From the IMG/VR virus record IMGVR_UViG_3300027741_000001: a stretch of 64,000 nt of DNA. The stretch is one strand, 5' to 3'. Positions 1 through 8,384 of this stretch are shown one piece after another. This DNA comes from a virus. Numbering within the stretch: the stretch's first letter is position 1; the number at the start of each line of letters is the position of its first letter. A program made the translations under genes and the position numbers. The notes under the pieces were generated by a model. It had not been told where the DNA came from and ran no database searches. It saw nothing but the letters and a program-made list of their open reading frames with translations.

Positions 1-17
1 TAAACATCCATACCCAT
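1..17 (-). CDS. 5' end of a gene running off the window (MGMDV...)
   Basis: ATG at 17 preceded by CTGAAAGGAAATCAAA, the same RBS as genes starting at 1291 and 4994. Confidence 0.7.
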
Positions 18-49
18 TTTTGATTTCCTTTCAGTCGGGTTATGTTTCC

Positions 50-78
50 AAATTACCAGCTAATCAGATACAAGTCAA
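50..78 (-). promoter_or_regulatory. early sigma70/SigA-type promoter
   Basis: TTGACT-N17-TAATTT upstream of RBS. Confidence 0.55.
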
Positions 79-218
79 GTTTCTTTACAAAACTTTTCGT
101 GGATTTTCCAAAACAAGTTATCAACTCCACGCCACCACCAGAAGTAATACCACCGATTAGCGTGAGCATACATTTTACAAACTAGGGGTCTGCCCTTACA
201 GATTTCGCAGTTGATCAC
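75..218 (-). CDS. 47-aa Cys/Trp-rich hypothetical protein
   Basis: GTG start overlapping the stop of 215..514; MINCEICKGRPLVCKMYAHANRWYYFWWWRGVDNLFWKIHEKFCKET. Confidence 0.55.
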   Translation of the reverse strand: MINCEICKGRPLVCKMYAHANRWYYFWWWRGVDNLFWKIHEKFCKET

Positions 219-514
219 TTATCAAGCTTTATCTTGTAGTGGTTCGGCACTAGGTCATTTAGGTCAAACATAAACTCTAAGCTGTCGTATTGGTCTAGGT
301 TCTCGTCAAGCCACTCCTCAAAATCCGGTGTGTATTTGATGTTGGTGATTAGCCAATAGCCCTCGTCAATTTCCATTTGACACCATTGTTCAGTTCCTCG
401 CCACTCAAACCAAATCTGTCTGCCAGCGTTTTCTAGCCAAGCTCCCTCAACTTTTGTAATGACTACATCAGGGATAAAGTTGTTGTCCTCGTTGGCGTAT
501 AGATCGTATTTCAT
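215..514 (-). CDS. acidic hypothetical early protein
   Basis: 99-aa ORF with AAAAGGAAATCT RBS. Confidence 0.8.
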   Translation of the reverse strand: MKYDLYANEDNNFIPDVVITKVEGAWLENAGRQIWFEWRGTEQWCQMEIDEGYWLITNIKYTPDFEEWLDENLDQYDSLEFMFDLNDLVPNHYKIKLDK

Positions 515-865
515 AGATTTCCTTTTCTAAGAAGTTAGGTGAGCAGTTTATCAACTTACTCAGGTTTAGCATTTTTTTCTTTTAGGGAGAGAGAATAAAA
601 TACAAAAAAAGAAAACCGGATAGTTATTACCATCAACTCCAATAGGGCTACAATTTTTAGGTCTGGAAGTCAAGACCCTTAGTTTTTTCTCTTGCTAAGG
701 AACAAGCGTAGTTTAGCGACATACATTGGTCGGATTTCACTAGGTTTTCAGGGTAGTAATCCCCATACCACCAACACTTGTTCCTGAACGGACACCTCTG
801 GTTCTCCACCTAAAACTAAGACTTCTAGGTTTAGGTTTCGGTATGCCTAGCAAAAGTTTATTTAG

Positions 866-1291
866 TTATTCCTCATAAGGATTATAGTCCTGTTCGGGCG
901 ATAACTCAAATCTAAAACTAGCTCCGTATTCATCGTGGCTTGATCGGGTAATTACCATTTCCTTTTCAGGCGTAATCTCAACCCTTAGCGTGTAATCGCC
1001 ATTTATGGCAAGAGCTTTTAGTAAGTCCTTAGCAGGAACTTCTGTCCAACCACTCGTGTTGTCCCAATTCATTTTCTCGCCAACAACTCTGATGATCGTG
1101 TCCTCGTCCCAACCCTTACTGTTCAGGTATGGCATTAGAAACTCGTCTGTGAAGTATTGCTTATCGTCCTCAAAACAACCGAAACACTCGTCACTCCAAG
1201 TCATTTCGCCTGTTGTTTCGTCCTCAACCTCGCAAGAGCAAGTGTTAGACATTTTCATTTCTGTTGCCTGTGGTTCAGTTTCTTTATCCAT
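866..1291 (-). CDS. very acidic hypothetical early protein
   Basis: 141-aa ORF, conserved RBS, CxC and CxxC, D/E-rich. Confidence 0.85.
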   Translation of the reverse strand: MDKETEPQATEMKMSNTCSCEVEDETTGEMTWSDECFGCFEDDKQYFTDEFLMPYLNSKGWDEDTIIRVVGEKMNWDNTSGWTEVPAKDLLKALAINGDYTLRVEITPEKEMVITRSSHDEYGASFRFELSPEQDYNPYEE

Positions 1292-1322
1292 TTTGATTTC
1301 CTTTCAGTTGGATAAGTTCAGT

Positions 1323-1607
1323 TTATAGACTTACAAGCTGTTCGTCAAGTTCTATCGGCAAGTAGTTTGGAACTCCACCACACATAACCATACCGATTTT
1401 GATTACCAGATCACTAGGCTCAATAGCCAAACATTGAGCAACCTCTATCAGCATTTCACTACTGACTTCTTTGCGAGCTTTTTCTATTTCCCATAGGTAA
1501 GTAAGCGAGATACGCCCTGATCCTCTATTTACTGTTTGGCGTAGCGTGAGCTGTTTGTCTTGCCGGTATTCAGCGATTATGTGTCCTAGTGCTTGTCTAA
1601 ATAGCAT
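1323..1607 (-). CDS. XRE-family HTH regulator, ClgR-like
   Basis: LTLRQ...ISLTYLWEIEKARKEVSSEML resembles actinobacterial ClgR (VSLGYLSEVERGQKEASSELL). Confidence 0.8.
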   Translation of the reverse strand: MLFRQALGHIIAEYRQDKQLTLRQTVNRGSGRISLTYLWEIEKARKEVSSEMLIEVAQCLAIEPSDLVIKIGMVMCGGVPNYLPIELDEQLVSL

Positions 1608-1638
1608 TTCATTTTCCTATTCGTTTAGTGGTTTATTC

Positions 1639-1668
1639 AGCCTATACCCCTGTGTCAAGTTTTGTCAA
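1639..1668 (-). promoter_or_regulatory. early promoter
   Basis: TTGACA-N18-TAGGCT. Confidence 0.6.
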
Positions 1669-1796
1669 GTTTTAGAGAGGGACTAGGTAAGAAAAAGAAC
1701 CACCAAAAATTTACCTAGTCCCTGAACGGATAGTTAGAGAGGCATAGCGTCTATCCGTTATCGGTGAGAGAAAGCATAAACTCACCGAAGTTTGTT

Positions 1797-2684
1797 TTAT
1801 TCTAGCGTAGGAACTTCACTATTCAGGGTCGGGTATTGTCTAACTCCCTGATCGTCAAGAACCCAAGCTGTCGTTTCATCAAGAACTTCCATTTGCTCGT
1901 CAGGGTCGTTCCCCTGTTCCATAGCAAGCTCGTAAGCGTTCTCTGCTGTGTTAGTTCTTACTCGGTAAGACTTCTGAATAACAACAATGAACTCTTGTTC
2001 ATCTCTCGGACAGTCCTTATACCACTCGTCCTCGTCGCTGTCGTTGGCACACCTACAACTGTCCTCTTGGTCGCTATCGACATAGTCCTTGTGGCTTTGT
2101 GGTATGTCCCACTCTTTGTCGATACCATAACTTCCACCTGATCCTGAAAACTCTGCTCCCCAGCCTTGTTCCTCGGTTGAGTGTAAGTGGAAATGTAGTT
2201 CGGGGTGTTGCTGAACCATAGCCCTAAATACAGGTTCAGGGATAGACCAAGCAGTAGAAAAAGTGTAGCTCAAACTTCTAGTGAGATCGTCTATCTCGTC
2301 AAGTTCGGGTGAAACACACTCATCACTAGCGTCCCACTTAGTTCCCCAGTTGCTACTGTTCCAGCTATACCAGTCATCAGAAGTTTCCTTACTCTCGCCA
2401 GTAAAACCTACTCCCTCAACAAAACCAGTAGTTCCGAAATAATCGCCCAGGCTATCTGTCGGTGGTGCTATGAAGTTCCAAAAAGACATAGGACTTTCAT
2501 CTGACATTACAGTCAAAATCTTTCGGTCTTTGTCCTCTACCTTAGTAGTAGTTTTGTCCTCGTTGCGTATCCAGCTTTCAGATAGCCAGCGAGTTTCGTG
2601 TTGTTGGCTTGCCTTAGTAGCAAACTTTTTCAGTTCAGCAGGTTCGCCTGAAACAGTTAGAGAGTTATAGACCCAGTTAGGCAT
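1797..2684 (-). CDS. DUF1281/YubB ferredoxin-like domain phage protein
   Basis: MPNWVYNSLTV start; WYSWNSSNWGTKWDA and FSTAWSIPEP motifs. Confidence 0.8.
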   Translation of the reverse strand: MPNWVYNSLTVSGEPAELKKFATKASQQHETRWLSESWIRNEDKTTTKVEDKDRKILTVMSDESPMSFWNFIAPPTDSLGDYFGTTGFVEGVGFTGESKETSDDWYSWNSSNWGTKWDASDECVSPELDEIDDLTRSLSYTFSTAWSIPEPVFRAMVQQHPELHFHLHSTEEQGWGAEFSGSGGSYGIDKEWDIPQSHKDYVDSDQEDSCRCANDSDEDEWYKDCPRDEQEFIVVIQKSYRVRTNTAENAYELAMEQGNDPDEQMEVLDETTAWVLDDQGVRQYPTLNSEVPTLE

Positions 2685-3010
2685 TACTTACCCCATTTCT
2701 TTCTCTTACTAGCAGGGTGTCGCATTTGAGAAATCATTTTTGTAATGACTTCGTGGTGTTCCATTTCGCAAGTGATAACTATGTCGTTTAGTTCCTGATC
2801 ACCTAACTTTTCAGCTAGAAGTTTCATAGGCTCAAATGCTCTGTAAATAGCAGGGTTAGGCATTTCAGCCTGAACTAATGCTGATGAAATCGCACAAAAA
2901 ATTTGGATAGCAGTCGCAGCTACATCTTGTGGTTCGTTGATTTCATTTTGGATAACAGACAATAAGCTCTCGTCCTCGTTATTGTGATCGTGTGTCGGGT
3001 TATCGCACAT
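2684..3010 (-). CDS. hypothetical protein
   Basis: 108-aa ORF with RBS, translationally coupled to the next gene. Confidence 0.75.
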   Translation of the reverse strand: MCDNPTHDHNNEDESLLSVIQNEINEPQDVAATAIQIFCAISSALVQAEMPNPAIYRAFEPMKLLAEKLGDQELNDIVITCEMEHHEVITKMISQMRHPASKRKKWGK

Positions 3011-3044
3011 TTGGCAGTTCCTTTCATTTCTCGGTTGTAGTTCT

Positions 3045-3074
3045 AATTTACTTTGCTTTATACAACTTTGTCAA
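3045..3074 (-). promoter_or_regulatory. early promoter
   Basis: TTGACA-N18-TAAATT. Confidence 0.6.
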
Positions 3075-3149
3075 GTTCCTTTTTTATTTTTTTATTCCGA
3101 ACAAGTCAAGAGAAAGGAAATGAAAACTTGACCTGCTCGGAACTTTATG

Positions 3150-4994
3150 CTATCGCCCTATTCGCATACCTGCTTTGGTAAGAGCCTCTGCCCCTGCCTT
3201 ACCAACAATTTCAGCAACTTCGGTAATCGCACCCTTGACTTTTACAAGCTGTGTGTCCGAACCCTCAATAACAGCACTAGCATAAACACCCTGATCGTAA
3301 GTTATCCATAGGACACCCACCCCTGCTTGCTTACATCTTTGTAGCCAAGACTTACACGCTTTGATTTCCTCGTTGGTGTAGCAAGCGTCAGAAACGATTA
3401 CTAGCAACCTCGCACTTGTTCCACCAAGTAAATCAAGTTGTCCGTTTAGTGCCTGAAATCCTAAGTCAAACTTTTCAGTTCCGTCTGGTGCTGTATAGAC
3501 ATTTACATCTTCCAAGTGTTGTCCTACACGCAAGGTTGGAAACACGCCTGAACCGAAATAGACCATAGCAGTCTTAGCCTGAACACGCCTACCTGCCTCA
3601 CTCAAAATCCAAGCTGTGCTTGCCATAGGTTTCATAGCAGAACCCATAGAACCTGAAACATCTACCATAATCCCAATAGACAAGTTAGGTGTTTCGGTGT
3701 GCTTGCGAGTTTTGTGTCGCCAAGTTTCCACCTGCGACATAATGCCCTTAGACCTAAGAGCCTCACGCTGAACCATAGCCCTAGAACGCAACCTGCCCTG
3801 TGGCATAACCGAGTTGATTTTAGTTTCAGTTCTGTTTCTGTATTTAGCTTTCATAAACAACTTAGCAATTAGAACAGCACTTGCTCTTTCAGCAGAAGTA
3901 GGCTTGCGAGTTTCCTCTAAGCGAGAACCTGAACCACCCGAACCAATAGTTTCTTTCTCACCAAATACACGCTGACCAACTGCCTTGTGCTTGTTCTTTT
4001 CCTCTGTGGCGTTGCTCTTGCTCTTGGCTTTTTCTTTTGAGTGTTCGCCCTCTTGCTGATCGGCTAATTTGTCGTTAGCAGTCATTTCAGCGTTTTCTTT
4101 GGCGTTCTCAACTTCTTTCAGCATTTCCTCAATGGTCTTACTGCGACCCTTGCTTTTGCCCTCGCCCTCACCCTCGCCCTCACTTTCGCCCTCGCCCTCA
4201 CCACTAGGGAACTCGCAACCACCTTGCGTATCGTCCTCGCCCTTTTCTTTGGCTCGTTCAGATACAAGTCTGTCCCACTCAATAGCAAGAGGGTAAAGGT
4301 CAGTAGCGTTGTGGTGATTATCGTGAGCTTGTGCTTTTAGCCATAGTTCTCTCAACTTCTCAATAAAGTCAATGCCTAGTTTTGTTTCTAACATTTCAGC
4401 AATACCCTCAACATCACTTCTGTAAAGAATACCGGCATCTATTCTTGCCAAGACTAATCCTGCCAAGTGAGCCAATGCCCTAGTTTCAGACATTAGGGAA
4501 AGCGTATCAACATCACACTCGGCTAACACGATCTCTAAGGCACAAGAGGTTAGAAAATAACGATTAGTTGGAATAGCCATAGCACCAAATCCCTCAATGC
4601 GACTTTCCTCTAACAAGTGGAGAGCTTTGTTTTGTCTAGGGGTCAAGTCCTTAGAACTTTGTTCCAATGACCAACGAGAGAACTTAGCGTGGCAAGCCTC
4701 GTGGTAGATAGCACCGATAGCCTTTGGAAACTCATACTGATTATTTTTGTCTGCCAAGTTAGGAATAAAACTTGGTGGAATAGTCCCAAAAGCAATTTCC
4801 GTATTTACTTCTATCTCTGACGAAATAGGGTTGTATAGAGCAGGAACGGGTGCGTTTAGTTTTGTTCCAACATAAGCGATCAAGTCAGTTCTGCCTGACC
4901 AAGTATTAGCAAGTTCGCCAATAGTTTTTCCAATAGGTAGCCACTCTTTCGGTGTAGCCTTTACACCATTTGAGTTAGTTCCGAAGTGCGACAT
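3150..4994 (-). CDS. CobT-like VWA protein with N-terminal HExxH metallopeptidase-like domain
   Basis: HEACH...LEESRIE, acidic GEGE linker, MIDAS motif DVSGSM. Confidence 0.88.
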   Translation of the reverse strand: MSHFGTNSNGVKATPKEWLPIGKTIGELANTWSGRTDLIAYVGTKLNAPVPALYNPISSEIEVNTEIAFGTIPPSFIPNLADKNNQYEFPKAIGAIYHEACHAKFSRWSLEQSSKDLTPRQNKALHLLEESRIEGFGAMAIPTNRYFLTSCALEIVLAECDVDTLSLMSETRALAHLAGLVLARIDAGILYRSDVEGIAEMLETKLGIDFIEKLRELWLKAQAHDNHHNATDLYPLAIEWDRLVSERAKEKGEDDTQGGCEFPSGEGEGESEGEGEGEGKSKGRSKTIEEMLKEVENAKENAEMTANDKLADQQEGEHSKEKAKSKSNATEEKNKHKAVGQRVFGEKETIGSGGSGSRLEETRKPTSAERASAVLIAKLFMKAKYRNRTETKINSVMPQGRLRSRAMVQREALRSKGIMSQVETWRHKTRKHTETPNLSIGIMVDVSGSMGSAMKPMASTAWILSEAGRRVQAKTAMVYFGSGVFPTLRVGQHLEDVNVYTAPDGTEKFDLGFQALNGQLDLLGGTSARLLVIVSDACYTNEEIKACKSWLQRCKQAGVGVLWITYDQGVYASAVIEGSDTQLVKVKGAITEVAEIVGKAGAEALTKAGMRIGR

Positions 4995-5022
4995 AAGATT
5001 TCCTTTCAGTTGTCGTATCTTG

Positions 5023-5052
5023 ATTTTATAGAGTTGATCTTGTTTTTGTCAA
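5023..5052 (-). promoter_or_regulatory. early promoter
   Basis: TTGACA-N18-TAAAAT. Confidence 0.7.
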
Positions 5053-5121
5053 GTTTTGATTTGAGGGTAGGTAGCCAACTATAACTACCTACCCTCGCCA
5101 AAAAGCTAGGGGACACAATGC

Positions 5122-6159
5122 CTAGATTTTGGCAGTCTTTACTTCCTCGCCATAAACCCTAGACAGAACTTCGGCAACGATAGGTCTATCCAATTCGGGT
5201 GCTGACGAGATTAGGTTGCTAACAGCCCACTTAGTTCCGAACACCTTTTCCAAATCCCTAAACGCAAGTAGTTCTCGCATTTGAGGACACCAAGAAACTT
5301 CGCCAGACATAAACTTCTTAGCTAGATTTTGACTTGCTGTTGTGATAATGGCAGGGACACCCAACTTCTTAGCAAGAACCCAGTCAGTAGTGATTTCCAC
5401 TTGTGCTGTAAATCGTGAGAGCAACGCCTCTGATAGAACAACACCGACAGCATTAGGGTTAGTAGCCCCGACAACATAAAATCCGTCTTTGGCTTTGATA
5501 GTGCCTCTTTCGGGATTTTGAGTAATTGGCAATTCTCGTCTGCCGTCCATTAGACCATAGACAACTGATAGAACTTTCGGGTCAATAAGTCCGATCTCGT
5601 CAATAAATAAGACCTCACCTCGTTCAGCAGACTTGACTAATGCCCCGTCTATCCAGTCAAAAGAGCCACTAGGAGTTTGGACATAGCCACCTACCAAGTC
5701 AGAAACTTCGGTATCGCCAGAACCTAGAATTGTGTGAAGTTCCTCACCAAAAGTAGCCTCAACGAGAGCAGTTTTTCCTGTTCCCGGACTGCCATAAAAT
5801 AGTGCGAATTGGTTGATAGAACGGAGTTGTTTTAGAACAGCAGTATCTTTGTGTTCGCCCCAATTACGAGTGTAGTAAAGCTCACCATTAGGTCTTGCTA
5901 GTGCCTCGTCAGCAGATAGAGTTTCAGCCACTTTTTCTTTTACTTTCTTTTTAGTTGTTTCAGCAGACCCACGCATAGTAAGCCCACCAGATTTGGATAG
6001 GTTGTTTTTCATAGTTGTTGCGAAGTCAGCATTTACAGCTTGCGAGCCGACAGCGATCAGTAATTCAGGCAACTTAGAGGATAGACCCTCTAAATCGTTT
6101 ATCCTTGTTAGTGCTGTTGTTTCTTGTTCGGATAATGTAGCACTTATGTTTATAGTCAT
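5122..6159 (-). CDS. MoxR-family (CbbQ/NirQ/NorQ/CobS-like) AAA+ ATPase
   Basis: Walker A GSPGTGKT, Walker B LFIDE, ATNP and EALLSRF; adjacent VWA partner. Confidence 0.92.
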   Translation of the reverse strand: MTINISATLSEQETTALTRINDLEGLSSKLPELLIAVGSQAVNADFATTMKNNLSKSGGLTMRGSAETTKKKVKEKVAETLSADEALARPNGELYYTRNWGEHKDTAVLKQLRSINQFALFYGSPGTGKTALVEATFGEELHTILGSGDTEVSDLVGGYVQTPSGSFDWIDGALVKSAERGEVLFIDEIGLIDPKVLSVVYGLMDGRRELPITQNPERGTIKAKDGFYVVGATNPNAVGVVLSEALLSRFTAQVEITTDWVLAKKLGVPAIITTASQNLAKKFMSGEVSWCPQMRELLAFRDLEKVFGTKWAVSNLISSAPELDRPIVAEVLSRVYGEEVKTAKI

Positions 6160-6191
6160 TTGTTTTGTGTCCTTTCGGGGTTGTAATAAGA

Positions 6192-6719
6192 CTATACAGC
6201 AGGGGTAGGGGTTAGGTCAAATAATTCGTCAGGAAATCCGAGAGCTTTACGAGAACGCATAATTCTACGAATAAGAGCATTAGGAGTGTTCCAGTCCCTA
6301 GTGTCCTCTAAGTCCTCTTGTGAGAACTCAATGACAATAGGTTCTTTGTAAAGTTCCCATTTCTGATCAACGAGGCTATGGAAAGTTCTGTCCATAAATA
6401 CAAGACCACCGACAGCATACTTCTTTGCTAAATCGTGATCTAGCGTTTCAGCAGAACCACCATTAGCAGTTCTAGTTTCTTTTCTCTCATTTACAACTTT
6501 CCACTCTTGCGAGTAAGCTCGCCAAGGTCTGCGAGGTGAGTATGCCGATACTTGCCTACGCCAGATAGTAGAGGGAACATAAATAGGGGTAGTGCTGTCG
6601 TTCTTATCTACCGACATACTTTCAGGCGTGTAGATAACTTGTAGTGTGTGTCCGTCTTTGCGAAACTCTGTGTATAGGGCATAACCTACCGAGATGTTTG
6701 CTTTGTTTGTTTCAGCCAT
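6192..6719 (-). CDS. hypothetical protein
   Basis: 175-aa ORF with GAAAGGACAC RBS. Confidence 0.8.
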   Translation of the reverse strand: MAETNKANISVGYALYTEFRKDGHTLQVIYTPESMSVDKNDSTTPIYVPSTIWRRQVSAYSPRRPWRAYSQEWKVVNERKETRTANGGSAETLDHDLAKKYAVGGLVFMDRTFHSLVDQKWELYKEPIVIEFSQEDLEDTRDWNTPNALIRRIMRSRKALGFPDELFDLTPTPAV

Positions 6720-6759
6720 TTTTTGTGTCCTTTCAGGGTTGATTTCGGCTTACTTAGAA

Positions 6760-6789
6760 AGTCTAAGTCTTTTGTTAGAAGTTTGTCAA
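6760..6789 (-). promoter_or_regulatory. early promoter
   Basis: TTGACA-N18-TAGACT. Confidence 0.7.
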
Positions 6790-6806
6790 GTTTCTATAAA
6801 AGTTTT

Positions 6807-7340
6807 TTAGAAGTGGAAATCCACTAAAACTAGGAACTGATTTTCAGGGTTAGCGTCTATACGCTTACGGAACTCCGACAAGTTGGTATCCCACATTTCC
6901 AGATCGTAAATAGCACTATCAGATACCCACTCACCATTTAGAAGTTCAGATAGTTTCTTAGCGTAATAGAGAGGCATACTTTCAGGAACAGACCAGTCTG
7001 CCTCGTGGTCGTAGTTGTGGCTGAACAAGATGTCCTGCTTGCCCTCGTTATAGAGCTTTTGTCTGTAATTGTCTATGTCTGCGTATCTGTGTTTTAGATA
7101 GATAGCAATAGCTTTTTCAGCAGTTTCAGGATCATCTGAATACCGGAGTGTGTCAAGCTCGGCTTTTTCGCCAAATACATTTTCACTTTCCCAGCGACCA
7201 GCGAAAGATACCTCTGAATTAGATGAAACTTCGTTCCAGTCAGACCACTTTGGTTCTCCGTCGCTGAACTTGTCGGCTACTATTCCTCTTGCCTGTTCGT
7301 GAGTGTCTGCCACAACTAGCATTATTTGTGAAGTGTGAAT
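6807..7340 (-). CDS. hypothetical phage protein (FAGRW / LVLVDFHF type), probable ATT start
   Basis: ORF open; the RBS GGAAGGACAC is spaced for ATT at 7340, not for the ATG at 7322. Confidence 0.75.
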   Translation of the reverse strand: MHTSQIMLVVADTHEQARGIVADKFSDGEPKWSDWNEVSSNSEVSFAGRWESENVFGEKAELDTLRYSDDPETAEKAIAIYLKHRYADIDNYRQKLYNEGKQDILFSHNYDHEADWSVPESMPLYYAKKLSELLNGEWVSDSAIYDLEMWDTNLSEFRKRIDANPENQFLVLVDFHF

Positions 7341-7368
7341 TTTAGTGTCCTTCCGTCTTTGTAGTTCT

Positions 7369-7398
7369 ATTGTATAACTTTTATTTCTATTCCGTCAA
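7369..7398 (-). promoter_or_regulatory. early promoter
   Basis: TTGACG-N18-TACAAT. Confidence 0.65.
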
Positions 7399-7620
7399 GC
7401 TGTGGAGTGTATTTCCTTGATCCTCTAAGTATTGTCTCAGACTGACCCCTGCTGACCACCCCCTAGATGTCGGTTCAATAAAAACTATGTCGTTGGCAAA
7501 TCCATTTTTGCCCCAACGCCACTCACCATTTATGTATTGTAGCTGTCCAGCATAGATGTATCCGTTTAGTAGGTCTAGGTCTAGGATTAGTTGCGCTCTT
7601 TTTATTCCTGTTATAGCCAT
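7387..7620 (-). CDS. hypothetical protein
   Basis: TAATG coupling with upstream gene; YINGEW motif. Confidence 0.65.
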   Translation of the reverse strand: MAITGIKRAQLILDLDLLNGYIYAGQLQYINGEWRWGKNGFANDIVFIEPTSRGWSAGVSLRQYLEDQGNTLHSLTE

Positions 7621-7835
7621 TAGCCCCACCACTCGGCTAACGGATTATGAGTTCTCAATGCCTCTAAATACATCTCGTCGGTTTCAGGTGAAATGTAAAG
7701 TTGTATCTCTACCGGAAAAGTTGGTTTTCCTTGTATAAGCATTTGCCATTTACCATTTACAAATCCGTATTCCCTATGACGAATTCTGTATTCCAGTTCT
7801 ATCTCGGTTTCTTTTCTTATGGTTGGTCGCATCAT
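7620..7835 (-). CDS. hypothetical protein, paralog of 7837..8049
   Basis: LEY...YGFVNGKW...DEMY...PL.E. Confidence 0.7.
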   Translation of the reverse strand: MMRPTIRKETEIELEYRIRHREYGFVNGKWQMLIQGKPTFPVEIQLYISPETDEMYLEALRTHNPLAEWWG

Positions 7836-7836
7836 T

Positions 7837-8049
7837 TTAGAAATCTTCCGATAGAGGTCGGCAGTGCTTGTCTAGCCAATTTCTATAACGCACTTCATCA
7901 GCAGGATCCTCAACGATAGTAATTTCTATCCCAAAAAGAGGTCTGCGCTTGTGTATGTAGTGCCACTTACCATTTACAAATCCAAAGTTTGCTACGAGTG
8001 TGTGATACTCCAAGCTAGACGGTGTTTCATTTCTATTTCTTATATCCAT
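7837..8049 (-). CDS. hypothetical protein, paralog of 7620..7835
   Basis: likely start MDIRNRN; FGFVNGKW motif. Confidence 0.7.
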   Translation of the reverse strand: MDIRNRNETPSSLEYHTLVANFGFVNGKWHYIHKRRPLFGIEITIVEDPADEVRYRNWLDKHCRPLSEDF

Positions 8050-8080
8050 ACCTAAATGGTACAGGTTATATAAAAGAAAA

Positions 8081-8326
8081 TCAAGCCACAAAGCCGGGTG
8101 AAAGAACCGGTGAAACGCAACCGTCGCACAGCAGGAACTCAATGTCCTCGTCGCTGTCGTCGGTTGATAAAACGATCACGCAAGGATAGAAACCGTTAGG
8201 TGTATAGGCGATCGGTTCGTCGCAGTTTTCGCAGACCTCGAATACGCCGAACGTAGTTAGCCCAAACTCCTCGGCTTGGACAGCGTCGTGTTCGTTGTTC
8301 ATAACGTGTAGCTCTATGTGTTGCAT
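8081..8326 (-). CDS. small Zn-finger protein
   Basis: CENC...CDGC; GGAG RBS. Confidence 0.7.
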   Translation of the reverse strand: MQHIELHVMNNEHDAVQAEEFGLTTFGVFEVCENCDEPIAYTPNGFYPCVIVLSTDDSDEDIEFLLCDGCVSPVLSPGFVA

Positions 8327-8384
8327 TTGGTCTCCGTTTCAGGTCTAATGCCATTTTACGGGACGTTCTTAATAGGTGATTTGG

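Noticed and set aside
3150-6159. Cobalamin biosynthesis (cobS/cobT) call
   Set aside because: No CobN or other cob genes in the window; a generic MoxR-VWA assignment is all the sequence supports.
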